DNA of 53,835 nt from Patescibacteria group bacterium. Lineage in GTDB: Bacteria > Patescibacteriota > Minisyncoccia > GCA-002772825. The stretch covers positions 1 to 53,835 of the forward strand of contig JANLHB010000039.1 of assembly GCA_024654625.1 (NCBI GenBank), given 5' to 3'. Every line of letters starts with the position of its first letter. Positions within the stretch are counted from its first letter, which is position 1. A program made the position numbers and the translations under genes. This document shows positions 30,156 through 39,872 of the stretch, piece by piece. The notes beneath the pieces are model-generated. The model did no database searches and had not been told where the DNA came from. It was given only the letters and a program-made list of their open reading frames with translations.

Positions 30156-30701
30156 ATGAATGAAATAATTTTTAGATATATAAATAGTATCGCCGAGCAG
30201 TATCATTGGCTTGATCTTGCCATCATATTTTTCGCTGATTATTTTATTTTTATACTAGCCTTAAGCGCACTGTTTTTGGCTTTATATCATAAGAGCGAGA
30301 AGCAGGTTATAAGAAACTTAGCTTTCATATTTATTTCAGGTATTGTGGCGTGGGTTTTAGTTCAATTTATAAAACACTATTATTTTAGCCCGAGACCTTT
30401 CTTGGCGCTAGATGAAGTGAGGCAACTTATAGAGCATGGCGCTAATGACTCTTTCCCTTCAGGGCATGCCGCTTTTTCTTTCGCTATCGCGACGGCAGTC
30501 TACTTCTGGAAGAGGAAATATGCTTGGATTTTTTTTATAGGAGCTCTTTTTGTGGGCTTAGCTCGTGTCGCTGGCGGTATTCACTGGCCTTATGATATCT
30601 TGGGAGGCATAGCCTTAGGGGTGGTCGTCACTTCTCTTATACATTTTCTACTAAAGAGTAAACGCTTTTCAAAAAACTTAAAATCTGCCCGCCCATTTTA
30701 A
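30156..30701 (+). CDS. PAP2-family phosphatase (undecaprenyl-diphosphatase-like)
   Basis: PAP2 motifs SFPSGHAA and RVAGGIHWPYD; multi-TM. Confidence 0.7.
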   Translation: MNEIIFRYINSIAEQYHWLDLAIIFFADYFIFILALSALFLALYHKSEKQVIRNLAFIFISGIVAWVLVQFIKHYYFSPRPFLALDEVRQLIEHGANDSFPSGHAAFSFAIATAVYFWKRKYAWIFFIGALFVGLARVAGGIHWPYDILGGIALGVVVTSLIHFLLKSKRFSKNLKSARPF

Positions 30702-30750
30702 AAATTTATAGGTCTTGTCTAAAATTTCTATCTGGGTATAATAAAGACCA

Positions 30751-32097
30751 ATGTTTAAGATAAGGATTTTGGCAATATTTTTCATCTTAGCCGGCATCAG
30801 TATCGGTTATTTTACTTACTCGTCAGAGCTTGGAAGTGGAGACGTTCCGCCACGGCTTCCTTTTAAACTTGGCCTTGACTTGCAAGGAGGTTCTCATCTT
30901 TTGTATAAAGCTGATGTTTCAAGTATCGACCCTAGCGATATAGATAACTCTATGGCTGCTCTTCGTGATGTTATAGAACGAAGGGTTAACCTCTTTGGAG
31001 TGTCTGAACCTCTTGTTCAAGTGGAAGAGACGGGTGTTTTTAGCGCCGGTAAGGAGAAGGAGTATCGTCTCGTGGTGGAATTACCCGGTGTTACTGACTT
31101 GGAACAGGCTGTAGCTATGATAGGGCAGACTCCGTTTCTTGAGTTTAAGACTGAACGTGATACCAAAGAGCAGGAGGAGATATTTGAAGCGCAGAAAATT
31201 GGAGAAAGATTATATGAAGATCCGTATTTTGTCACTTCTGATTTGACTGGACGATATATTAAGAAAGCGGTTTTGGAATTTGATAGTACCACCTTCGAAC
31301 CTAAAGTTGGCTTGGAGTTCAATAAGGAAGGAGAAACTCTTTTTGCTAAGTTAACAAAAGAAAATGTTGGTAAAAGAATAGCAATTTATCTTGACGGCGC
31401 TCCTATTTCTGTACCCGTTGTTCGCGAGGAGATTACATCAGGTACGGCGGAGATTTCCGGCGGATTTACAGCAGAGGAGGCGAAACTTCTTGTAGGGAGG
31501 TTAAATTCAGGGGCGCTACCTGTGCCTATTGAGATTATCTCAGAACAGGGGATCGGCGCGACCCTGGGCGGGGATACTTTAATGAAAGGTATTAGGGCCG
31601 GTGTGTATGGGATTGTCGCCGTAGCGATATTTTTGATCTTATACTATCGATTAGCCGGACTGCTAGCTGTCGCTTCGCTCTCAATCTACACAGTGTTAAT
31701 GCTTTTCCTATTTAAGGTATTTGGATTCACTTTGACTTCTGCCGGTATTGCCGGGTTTATTCTCTCTGTCGGTATGGCGGTTGATGCTAACGTAATTATT
31801 TTTGAACGTATTAAGGAAGAGCTTCAGGGCGGAAAGATGGTTCAAGGTTCAATATCAGACGGCTTTTCAAGAGCGTGGCTTTCAATTCGTGACGCTAATA
31901 TTTCAAGCATTATTACGGCCATTATTCTTTTTTGGTTTGGCACAAGTTTAGTTAAAGGATTTGCTTTGGTCTTTGGGCTTGGAGTTTTAATTTCAATGTT
32001 TTCCGCTATTACAGTTTCAAAGGTATTATTCCTATCTCTTGGTATTAAAGAGGGAACGAGATTCAGTCGATTTTTATTGGGAGGAAGTTTTAACTAG
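30751..32097 (+). CDS. secD: Protein translocase subunit SecD
   Basis: LGLDLQGGSHLLY motif, periplasmic domain plus 6 C-terminal TM. Confidence 0.9.
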   Translation: MFKIRILAIFFILAGISIGYFTYSSELGSGDVPPRLPFKLGLDLQGGSHLLYKADVSSIDPSDIDNSMAALRDVIERRVNLFGVSEPLVQVEETGVFSAGKEKEYRLVVELPGVTDLEQAVAMIGQTPFLEFKTERDTKEQEEIFEAQKIGERLYEDPYFVTSDLTGRYIKKAVLEFDSTTFEPKVGLEFNKEGETLFAKLTKENVGKRIAIYLDGAPISVPVVREEITSGTAEISGGFTAEEAKLLVGRLNSGALPVPIEIISEQGIGATLGGDTLMKGIRAGVYGIVAVAIFLILYYRLAGLLAVASLSIYTVLMLFLFKVFGFTLTSAGIAGFILSVGMAVDANVIIFERIKEELQGGKMVQGSISDGFSRAWLSIRDANISSIITAIILFWFGTSLVKGFALVFGLGVLISMFSAITVSKVLFLSLGIKEGTRFSRFLLGGSFN

Positions 32098-32161
32098 TTA
32101 TCTGGTAGTTAGCCAATAGCCATTAGGGTAAAAAATACTAGTGGCCAATGGCTAGCTACTA

Positions 32162-33061
32162 ATGGCTAAAATTATTATGTTTATCGTTAAATACAGAAAA
32201 ATATTTTATATCGCAAGCGCTTTAGTTGTAGTAGCTTGTATTTTTATTGTTTTTAAACAAGGTTTGAATCTAGGCATAGACTTTACTGGCGGAGCGCTTA
32301 TTGAGGCAGAATATAGCGGCGATATGCCAGATATTGATTTACTAAGAAAAAGCATAGATGAAGCCGGATTTAAGTCATTCCGTCTTCAGCCTACCGGAGA
32401 GAAGGGTATCGTGTTACGTATGGCTACCCTGACAGAAGCAGGCCATCAGAATCTTTTAGCAATACTGAAAGTAAGCGACGAATATGAACTTACTGAAAAG
32501 AGGTTTGATTCTATCGGTCCCGTGATAGGAGAAGAGTTGAAACGTAAGGCCTTGGTTGCGATTGGTTTGGTAGTTTTACTTATAATTCTTTTTATTGCTT
32601 TTGCTTTTCGTGGAGTGTCTCGACCTGGCTCTTCTTGGAGATATGGCTTCGTCGCCATTGTAGCGCTTATACATGATGTCCTCGTCCCTGTTGGCGTGTT
32701 CGCGCTTATTGGCGCTGAAGTAGACGTTCTTTTTGTGACAGCCTTGCTTGCTATCCTGGGGTATTCAGTAAATGACACAATTATCATCTTTGACCGTATC
32801 AGGGAAAATATAAAGCTGAAGATTTCAAATGATTTTGAAGAGACAGTGGGCACAAGCTTAAGTCAGACAATAGCTCGTTCTATCAATACTTCTTTGACGA
32901 CCTTTATCGTACTGGTATTTTTATTCTTCTTGGGCGGTAACGCTACAAAAATGTTTGCACTAACTTTAGGTATTGGAGTAATCGCCGGAACATATTCATC
33001 AATCTTTTTAGCTGGCCCCCTTCTTGTAACTATCCAGAAACTCCAAAACAGAAAGAAGTAA
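32162..33061 (+). CDS. secF: Protein translocase subunit SecF
   Basis: DFTGGALIEAEY motif; RND-like TM bundle; adjacent to secD. Confidence 0.9.
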   Translation: MAKIIMFIVKYRKIFYIASALVVVACIFIVFKQGLNLGIDFTGGALIEAEYSGDMPDIDLLRKSIDEAGFKSFRLQPTGEKGIVLRMATLTEAGHQNLLAILKVSDEYELTEKRFDSIGPVIGEELKRKALVAIGLVVLLIILFIAFAFRGVSRPGSSWRYGFVAIVALIHDVLVPVGVFALIGAEVDVLFVTALLAILGYSVNDTIIIFDRIRENIKLKISNDFEETVGTSLSQTIARSINTSLTTFIVLVFLFFLGGNATKMFALTLGIGVIAGTYSSIFLAGPLLVTIQKLQNRKK

Positions 33062-33158
33062 CGAGATTGGACAATTTGTTATGTTTGTTGTATATTTGAG
33101 TCAGATTGAAAATATACAAGTATTTTAATTTGATAAAATAGAATAGTGGAGGTGCAAG

Positions 33159-33476
33159 GTGTGCCATGATATTTTTGAAGTAAGGTGTGATTGCGGTTGG
33201 AGAGGAAGTTCCAATGAGCTTAAAGTAGAATATGAAATATGTTGTCCCACTGTTTTGTTGAGCATAAAATGCCCCTCTTCTGCCTGCGGACATGAGTTTA
33301 TCCAGATAAACGAATGCTCTGGCCGTGTGTATATTGAGCTTGAGCAGGGCGCCTTCTTGTCAGTGCCTGTTTCGGGTAACGAGGACGAATGCAGAGCGAT
33401 TCCGCGTCTCAGTGAAAAAGAGAAGGCGAAGCTTAAAATATTGAGGTATTTTACCATGAAAGAGAATGTAAAATAG
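33159..33476 (+). CDS. Small Cys-rich hypothetical protein (GTG start, GGAGG 7 nt upstream)
   Basis: 105 aa with 11 Cys (CDCGW, CCPT, CPSSACGH, ECSG), followed by a hairpin terminator. Confidence 0.35.
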   Translation: MCHDIFEVRCDCGWRGSSNELKVEYEICCPTVLLSIKCPSSACGHEFIQINECSGRVYIELEQGAFLSVPVSGNEDECRAIPRLSEKEKAKLKILRYFTMKENVK

Positions 33477-33505
33477 CCGGTATAATCAAATAAAATATGT
33501 ATTAA

Positions 33506-33545
33506 AAGAGGTCAGGCGCCAGCGCTTGACCTCTTTCTTTTTATG
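33506..33545 (+). terminator. Hairpin terminator (aagaggtcaggcgccagcgcttgacctctt + T-run)
   Basis: Perfect stem followed by tttcttttt. Confidence 0.7.
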
Positions 33546-35032
33546 TATATAATGTATTAGAGCCTATAAGAAGTATAGGTCGTCCTTTAATAATTTAAAA
33601 ATCCACTAAATAACAAGTCCAAAAAAACAATGATAGTCCGCCTAGGGCGGATTAATTCGGGCAATCAGCTTTCAGCTGAGCCCTCATTGAATATTATTCT
33701 TTCTTTTGTTCCGTTCTATTCAACCGAACATTCTTCGGAATGTTTTAGGTTTTTTTAAGAGTTTGATCCTAGTCCCGATTTTACTCGCATCTTTGATGCG
33801 ATTGTAAAATCGAGGATTCTCGAAAAATATATCCCGATTTCATCGGGAGTTATTTTTCGGAACTCAGGATATGTGATTTATTCATATATTTTGTTTGAGA
33901 ATCAATACTTCTTTTTTAAGAGTTTGATCCTAGCTCAGGATGAACGCTGGCGGCGTGGATAAGGCATGCAAGTCAAACGGGCACCTTCGGGTGCCAGTGG
34001 CAGACGAGGTAGTAACACGTAGGAACGTGCCTCTAAGTTGGGCATAATCCGCCGAAAGGCGGACTAATTCCCAATAGTCCCTTCGGGGTAAAGTCCGCTT
34101 CGGCGGACGCTTAGAGATCGGCCTGCGAGCTATCAGCTTGTTGGTAAGGTAATGGCTTACCAAGGCGATGACGGCTAGGGGAGGTGAGAGCCTGACCCCC
34201 ACCGATGGCACTGAGACACGGGCCATACACCTACGGGTGGCCGCAGTCGAGAATATTCCACAATGGGCGAAAGCCTGATGGAGCGACGCCGCGTGCAGGA
34301 TGAAGTCTTTCGGGATGTAAACTGCTTTTATGAGGGAGAAATTACGATGATGTTACCTCAAGAATAAGGGGCTGCTAAACTCGTGCCAGCAGCAGCGGTA
34401 ATACGAGTGCCCCGAGCGTTATCCGAAATTATTGGGCGTAAAGGGTTTGTAGGCGGCTTTGTTAGTCTCTTGTTAAAGCTTCCGGCTTAACCGGAAAAGT
34501 GCAAGAGAAACGGCAAATCTAGAGGATGCGAGAGGTCTATGGAACTCATGGTGTAGGGGTGAAATCCGTTGATATCATGGGGAACACCAAAAGCGAAGGC
34601 AATAGACTGGCGCACTCCTGACGCTGAAAAACGAAAGCGTGGGTAGCGAATGGGATTAGATACCCCAGTAGTCCACGCCCTAAACGATCTTCTCTAGCTT
34701 TTTGGAGTATCGACCCTCCGGGAGGCGAAGCTAACGCGTTAAGAGAAGCGCCTGGGAAGTACGGTCGCAAGACTAAAACTCAAAGGAATAGACGGGGACT
34801 TGCACAAGCGGTGGATCATGCGGTTTAATTCGATGATAAACGAAGAACCTTACCAGGGTTTGAAACCCAAGCGAAGTCCGCCAGAAACGGCGGACGTCTC
34901 ACAAGGACGGTTGGGCAGGTGATGCATGGCTGTCGTCAGTTCGTGGTTTGAATTGTTCCCTTAAGTGGGGTAACGAACGCAACCCCCGTTGCCTGTTATA
35001 TGTTTCAGGCGAGACTGCCCCTCACCAAACTC

Positions 35033-35122
35033 GGAAGAGTTTGGAAATCCGAAGCACGAAGCACGAAAAACGAAACAAAAAGTTTCGAATTTCGAATTTC
35101 GGATTTAACCAATCTTATTGGT
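35033..35122 (+). other. Palindromic IVS in 16S (around E. coli position 1130-1140)
   Basis: ccctcaccaaac...[cgaa/ttcg-rich insert]...ggtttggtgaggg extends a helix by ~90 nt. Confidence 0.6.
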
Positions 35123-35361
35123 TTGGTGAGGGGAGGAAGGCGGGGATGACGCCAAGTCAGCATGTCCCTTTGACACCCTGGGCTACACGCATGATACAAT
35201 GGTCGGTACAATGGGTCGCTAAGCGGTAACGCGGAGCCAATCCCATCAAAGCCGATCCCAGTCCGGATTGAGGTCTGCAACTCGACCTCATGAAGTTGGA
35301 ATCGCTAGTAATCGCAGGTCAGCTATACTGCGGTGAATACGTTCTCAAGTCTTGTACTCAC

Positions 35362-36206
35362 AATAAAAGCGCGCAGCAGCGCATAATTCTAAATGGTTAA
35401 AATCCATTCCCCTGATTCGTCGTCGGGGCGTAGCAGAAAGATAGCCTTTTACCGCGAGGTAAATGGTGGAGGATCTGAAAGCAAAAGATAGTCCAACATA
35501 AAAATGAGCGTATTGATTTACGAATGGGTGGTGAGCGTAGAGAAAATACACAAAAAACTCAGTTGGAATGTCTGGAAAAGAAATATGCGTGACCTGTGGA
35601 GATCTGACGTTGTTATCAGCCTTTAAGGCTGATATAATTAAACTTACGCAGCGTCAGAAGTCAGCTGAGTCATAGTATCCGCCTTAGGCGGAGAAGGCAC
35701 TCACTCTATGCAAAAGATTAACCCAGATTATATTGTAGGTTTGGTGGACGGCGAAGGCAGTTTTACTGTCTATGTACGCAATCCATCAAAAATTTCTCTT
35801 ACTCGAAGAGTTAAGATAGAACCAAAATTCTATTTGAAACTAATTGAGAAAGATAAAAGAATTTTGTATCAATTAAAAGATTTTTTTGGTTGTGGAAGTG
35901 TGTATTTTCAAAAAGATACACGACCTAATCATCAAAACTGTTATAGATACGAAGTTTATAATAGAAATGATATCCGATCGATCATAATTCCATTTTTTCA
36001 GAAATATAAATTGAAGTTTCCTTCAAAAAAGAAGGACTTTGATATATTCTGTAAAATGTTTTCTTTGATTGAGAAGGGTGAACACCTCAAAGAATCTGGT
36101 TTGAAGAAGTTGTATACCTTGAAACAACATATGCATTAGAGCTCGCCGTATACGGGAAATCCGTCCGTACGGTGGGAACATAAATTCGTAGTTTAACGAA
36201 GATAAT
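35362..36206 (+). mobile_element. Intron (probably group I) in the 16S decoding-centre region (between E. coli positions 1399 and 1400), carrying a homing endonuclease ORF
   Basis: 845-nt insertion between GUACUCAC and CGCCCGUCAC, with an internal LAGLIDADG ORF. Confidence 0.7.
35708..36139 (+). CDS. Single-motif LAGLIDADG homing endonuclease, intron-encoded
   Basis: GLVDGEGSF motif at the N-terminus, 143 aa, located inside the 16S rRNA gene. Confidence 0.8.
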   Translation: MQKINPDYIVGLVDGEGSFTVYVRNPSKISLTRRVKIEPKFYLKLIEKDKRILYQLKDFFGCGSVYFQKDTRPNHQNCYRYEVYNRNDIRSIIIPFFQKYKLKFPSKKKDFDIFCKMFSLIEKGEHLKESGLKKLYTLKQHMH

Positions 36207-36619
36207 CGCCCGTCACGTCAAGGGAGCCGGGAGTGCCCGAAGTTCGTCTTTATGGCGGATTAAGGTAAGTTCGGTGACAGGGACGAAGTCGTAACAAGGC
36301 ACGGCTAGCGGAAGCTGGTCGTGGATTATATTCATTAAATCTTGTTGAGTTCATAATTTATTATGTGCTTGATTGATTAGGTTGATTTTCCGCCTCTGGC
36401 GGATAGAGTGTTGGCCGATGAGCTTTAAGTCTCGGCTTAGAACGGAACAAAAGAAAGAATAATAAGTTTTAGCTATTAGTGGTTAGCCACTAGCCAATAG
36501 TGAATTTTAAAATTAAGCAGCCCTGTCGCTTGAAAGTGACGGGGCTGCTTTTGTTTGTAATAATCCCATTTTTCTGTTATAAAATAAGTTGTGCATTAGA
36601 ATTAGAAATCGTACGATAT

Positions 36620-36694
36620 GGGCATGTAGCTCAGTGGTAGAGCACTTCACTGATAATGAAGAGGCCGAAGGTTCGATCCCTTCCATGCCCACCA
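36620..36694 (+). tRNA. tRNA-Ile (anticodon GAT) with encoded CCA
   Basis: gggcatg acceptor, anticodon loop ctGATaa, T-arm ggttcgatcc, 3' ...catgcccACCA. Confidence 0.9.
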
Positions 36695-36703
36695 GAATTT
36701 AGA

Positions 36704-36735
36704 AAAACTGCCGTATTTTAATACGGCAGTTTTTC
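36704..36735 (+). terminator. Rho-independent terminator after tRNA-Ile
   Basis: aaaaactgccgtattttaatacggcagttttt. Confidence 0.8.
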
Positions 36736-36792
36736 TTTATACCCAGTTTTTATTTTTATCGCGAGTTTTTATATTGTATAATCAACATAATT

Positions 36793-39700
36793 ATGTTCAT
36801 ACAGATTTTAAGAAAAGCGGTAGTCGCATTTGTTTCATTTTTAATGCCATTTCTGGGTTTTCTTATACTTCTTAATAGTCCATTTTCAAAAGAGATTTTT
36901 TATAGTCCGGTAGTTCGGTCTATTGTTGTGATCTTAATTTGCATGATGGCTTTTATAGTCTCCTATTTTGCGTATCAGATATACAAGAAGAATCATGATG
37001 CCAGGATATTTATTATAACTTTAGCTTTTTATGTTTTTGGTTTTGTATTTTTCTTAAATATATTATCCACTGCGAATTTTCAGTTTCTTATTGAAGATGT
37101 TTTTGAAGTGACTGAGCATTATGGGCTTTTCCTGGGGTCACTTTTCCTTTTAGGTTTTATTTTGCCGCCAGTGACTCTTGATGCAAAAATATATCAATAT
37201 AGAAGAAAAATATTTTTTTGGGTATTTTTTGGTTTGCCGGCGATATTTATCTTCCTTGTATTTTCTCCTGGAGTTGCAGAGACTCTTGAACATAATGCCC
37301 GCTTTTTTATAGGGGCGACAGGTGTTTTATTGTTAGGTTCATTGATACTTTTATTATATAAATACAGAGACAGCACCAGCAATCTTATATGGAATTTGAT
37401 CATAGGTTTTTCTATACTGATTAATTCCGCCATAATTCCATTTTTCTATGATTATTGGAATGTTTTATGGTGGTATTTTAATTTTGTTATTTTCGTCTCT
37501 TTCTTTGTTATTTTTATCGGCCTTGTCAGTAATTTATTTAAGCAGGTCCCCAAGGGAAAAGAATATAAAGGTTCTGGATTCAAAATAGTTTTTGGGGAGA
37601 TCCCGATCTACGCAAGAATCAGCACCAAGATGATACTTTTTATAATCTCTATTTCTGTATTGCCTTTGCTTGCCACTAACTATTTTATTTTCAACAGCGC
37701 CAAGAATAATCTTCATCAGCAAGTTTTTGACGACCTATCTTTTGTATCGCAGTCTGTCAAGGGGCAAGTGTTTGCTTATGTTGAGTCTGTGGAGTCTAGG
37801 ACTCTTGATTTTTCATCAGACGGCTTTATAAGAGATAAAGTGAAAGAAATAACGGAAGAAGAATCAATTGAGGCCGTATCAGAGCTTAATAATCATCTGA
37901 TTAAGAATAAAAAAACTCTTGATGATACTATACTTGGTATCATCATCACTGATCATAACGGGAAAGTTATAGCTTCTACGGATGATAAGGAGATAGGCGC
38001 TGACGAATCTAATGATAATTATTTTTTGAAAGGAACAAAGGGTATTTATATATCTGAATTGGAAATAAATCATGGTCATTTTGATAAAGTCAGCGAATCT
38101 TTGATTGTGTCTGCTCCATTGACTGATAAGGAGACGGGAGAATTGATAGGCGTTATTATTAATATTTTTGATATAGAGAAAATCCAACATATACTGTCCA
38201 GTAATGTAGGCAATAATAGCGGTGGGAATGGCATTGCCGGCATAGAAAGAAATAATTCTGAGGTTTATATTGTTGATCGGAATAAAAGAATGTTCGTCCA
38301 TCCGGGGGGCGCTAGCCATGAAGCAGGCGATGATCATTACTCAGGCATGGATATTGATACTATTCCGGTGAATAATTGTTTTGAGAAAGGAGAGGATTTT
38401 ACAGGTATTTATAATAATTATAAAGATGAAGAGGTTGTAGGCGTATCTATATGTATTGCTGACAGGGAGTGGGTTGTGTTGATAGAGAAAGTAAGAGAGG
38501 AGGTTTTCCAGCCTTTGTCTAATCTTGAGAATAATCTAATAACAATAGTTCCGCTTACGGTTATAATTATTTTATTTTTTGGATTATATTTTTCCGGACA
38601 ACTTACTGAGCCGATAGAGTCGTTAACAGCTGTTTCCAAGAGAATATCCGACGGTGATCTTGAAGTGAGAGCGAACATAGACGCTAAAGATGAGATAGGA
38701 ATATTAGCGGAGAATTTCAATAAGATGACAGATAACCTTATAGAAGCAAGAACATTTCCTGAGAATATAATTCGTTCTATGGGGGATAGTCTTGTCGTCT
38801 TAAGTCCTGATGCCAAAATCACTAAAGTTAATCAAGCCACGCTTGATCTTTTGGGATACAAAGCCGAAGAGTTGATAGGTATCCAAGCAGAGAAGGTAAT
38901 AGGCGTTGAAGCGGCTCAGGCTATATTTATGGGTGCCGGACTTAAGAAACTTTTAGAGAAAGGGTTTATAAAAGATATTGAGATTCCTCTTAAGTCTAAG
39001 GGCGGGGAAGATATCCCTGTAAGCATATCGGCATCGGTTATCAAGAGTGAAAATGACAATATTTCCGGTATTGTTGTGGTATCTAAAGATATGAGAATAT
39101 TTAAAGAGGTTGAGAAAGCTAAATCAGAATTTATATCTATCGCGGCACATCAACTAAGGACGCCTTTGTCTGCCATTAAGTGGACTATGCAAATGCTTAT
39201 GGATGGGGATTTTGGCAAATTAAATGAAGAGCAGAAAAAAGCGCTTACTGAAGGCAATATTGCTAACGATAGAATGGTCGCGCTTATTGCGGACCTTTTA
39301 AATGTGTCTCGTATTGAAGAAGGCAGATTTGCTCTTAAATTTTCCCCTGTAAAATTAGACGCGATGATAGAGAAAATTATTTCAAGCCTTAGTATCAAAG
39401 CTGATAAAAAAGGCGTACATTTGGACTATATAAAGACTTCTGATATGCCGGTAATAAATATAGATGATGAGAAGATCTATATTGTCTTGGAAAATCTGAT
39501 AGAAAATGCAATAAAATATACGGGGGAAGGAGGAAAAGTTATTGTTGAAACGAGTGTTATAGAAGATGATATTGAAGTAAAGATTAAAGATACCGGAATC
39601 GGGATTCCTGATACGGAGAAGGACAGTATGTTTAAAAGATTTTTCAGGGGAAGCAATGCCAGGCAAAAGCATACAGACGGTTCCGGATTAGGGCTTTATA

Positions 39701-39813
39701 TCGCTAAGAATATTGTTGAAAAACACAATGGCAGAATATGGTTTGAATCTGTACTAGATGAAGGCGCAACATTCTTTGTAAGATTGCCGATAAATAATAA
39801 ATCACACTTGTAA
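36793..39813 (+). CDS. Sensor histidine kinase: ~8-TM N-terminus, extracytoplasmic sensor domain, HAMP, PAS, HisKA, HATPase_c
   Basis: HAMP (ISDGDLEVRANIDAKDEIGILAENFNKM), H-box (IAAHQLRTPL), N/G boxes (IENAIKYT, DTGIGI, GSGLGL). Confidence 0.85.
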   Translation: MFIQILRKAVVAFVSFLMPFLGFLILLNSPFSKEIFYSPVVRSIVVILICMMAFIVSYFAYQIYKKNHDARIFIITLAFYVFGFVFFLNILSTANFQFLIEDVFEVTEHYGLFLGSLFLLGFILPPVTLDAKIYQYRRKIFFWVFFGLPAIFIFLVFSPGVAETLEHNARFFIGATGVLLLGSLILLLYKYRDSTSNLIWNLIIGFSILINSAIIPFFYDYWNVLWWYFNFVIFVSFFVIFIGLVSNLFKQVPKGKEYKGSGFKIVFGEIPIYARISTKMILFIISISVLPLLATNYFIFNSAKNNLHQQVFDDLSFVSQSVKGQVFAYVESVESRTLDFSSDGFIRDKVKEITEEESIEAVSELNNHLIKNKKTLDDTILGIIITDHNGKVIASTDDKEIGADESNDNYFLKGTKGIYISELEINHGHFDKVSESLIVSAPLTDKETGELIGVIINIFDIEKIQHILSSNVGNNSGGNGIAGIERNNSEVYIVDRNKRMFVHPGGASHEAGDDHYSGMDIDTIPVNNCFEKGEDFTGIYNNYKDEEVVGVSICIADREWVVLIEKVREEVFQPLSNLENNLITIVPLTVIIILFFGLYFSGQLTEPIESLTAVSKRISDGDLEVRANIDAKDEIGILAENFNKMTDNLIEARTFPENIIRSMGDSLVVLSPDAKITKVNQATLDLLGYKAEELIGIQAEKVIGVEAAQAIFMGAGLKKLLEKGFIKDIEIPLKSKGGEDIPVSISASVIKSENDNISGIVVVSKDMRIFKEVEKAKSEFISIAAHQLRTPLSAIKWTMQMLMDGDFGKLNEEQKKALTEGNIANDRMVALIADLLNVSRIEEGRFALKFSPVKLDAMIEKIISSLSIKADKKGVHLDYIKTSDMPVINIDDEKIYIVLENLIENAIKYTGEGGKVIVETSVIEDDIEVKIKDTGIGIPDTEKDSMFKRFFRGSNARQKHTDGSGLGLYIAKNIVEKHNGRIWFESVLDEGATFFVRLPINNKSHL

Positions 39814-39872
39814 TTAATAGATAAAGCAATTATAGTTAATAATATAATTAAAAAATTAATCAACTGATAAAT

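Larger units (their letters stand above)
33912..36330 (+). rRNA. rrs: 16S rRNA interrupted by a ~90-nt IVS and an 845-nt intron; the 3' end lacks CCUCC
   Basis: 5' AGAGTTTGATCCTAGCTCAG; GTGCCAGCAGCAGCGGTAATAC; GGATTAGATACCC; GCATGGCTGTCGTCAG; GTACTCAC|intron|CGCCCGTCAC; GTCGTAACAAGG; terminal ...GGATTATATTC. Confidence 0.9.
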
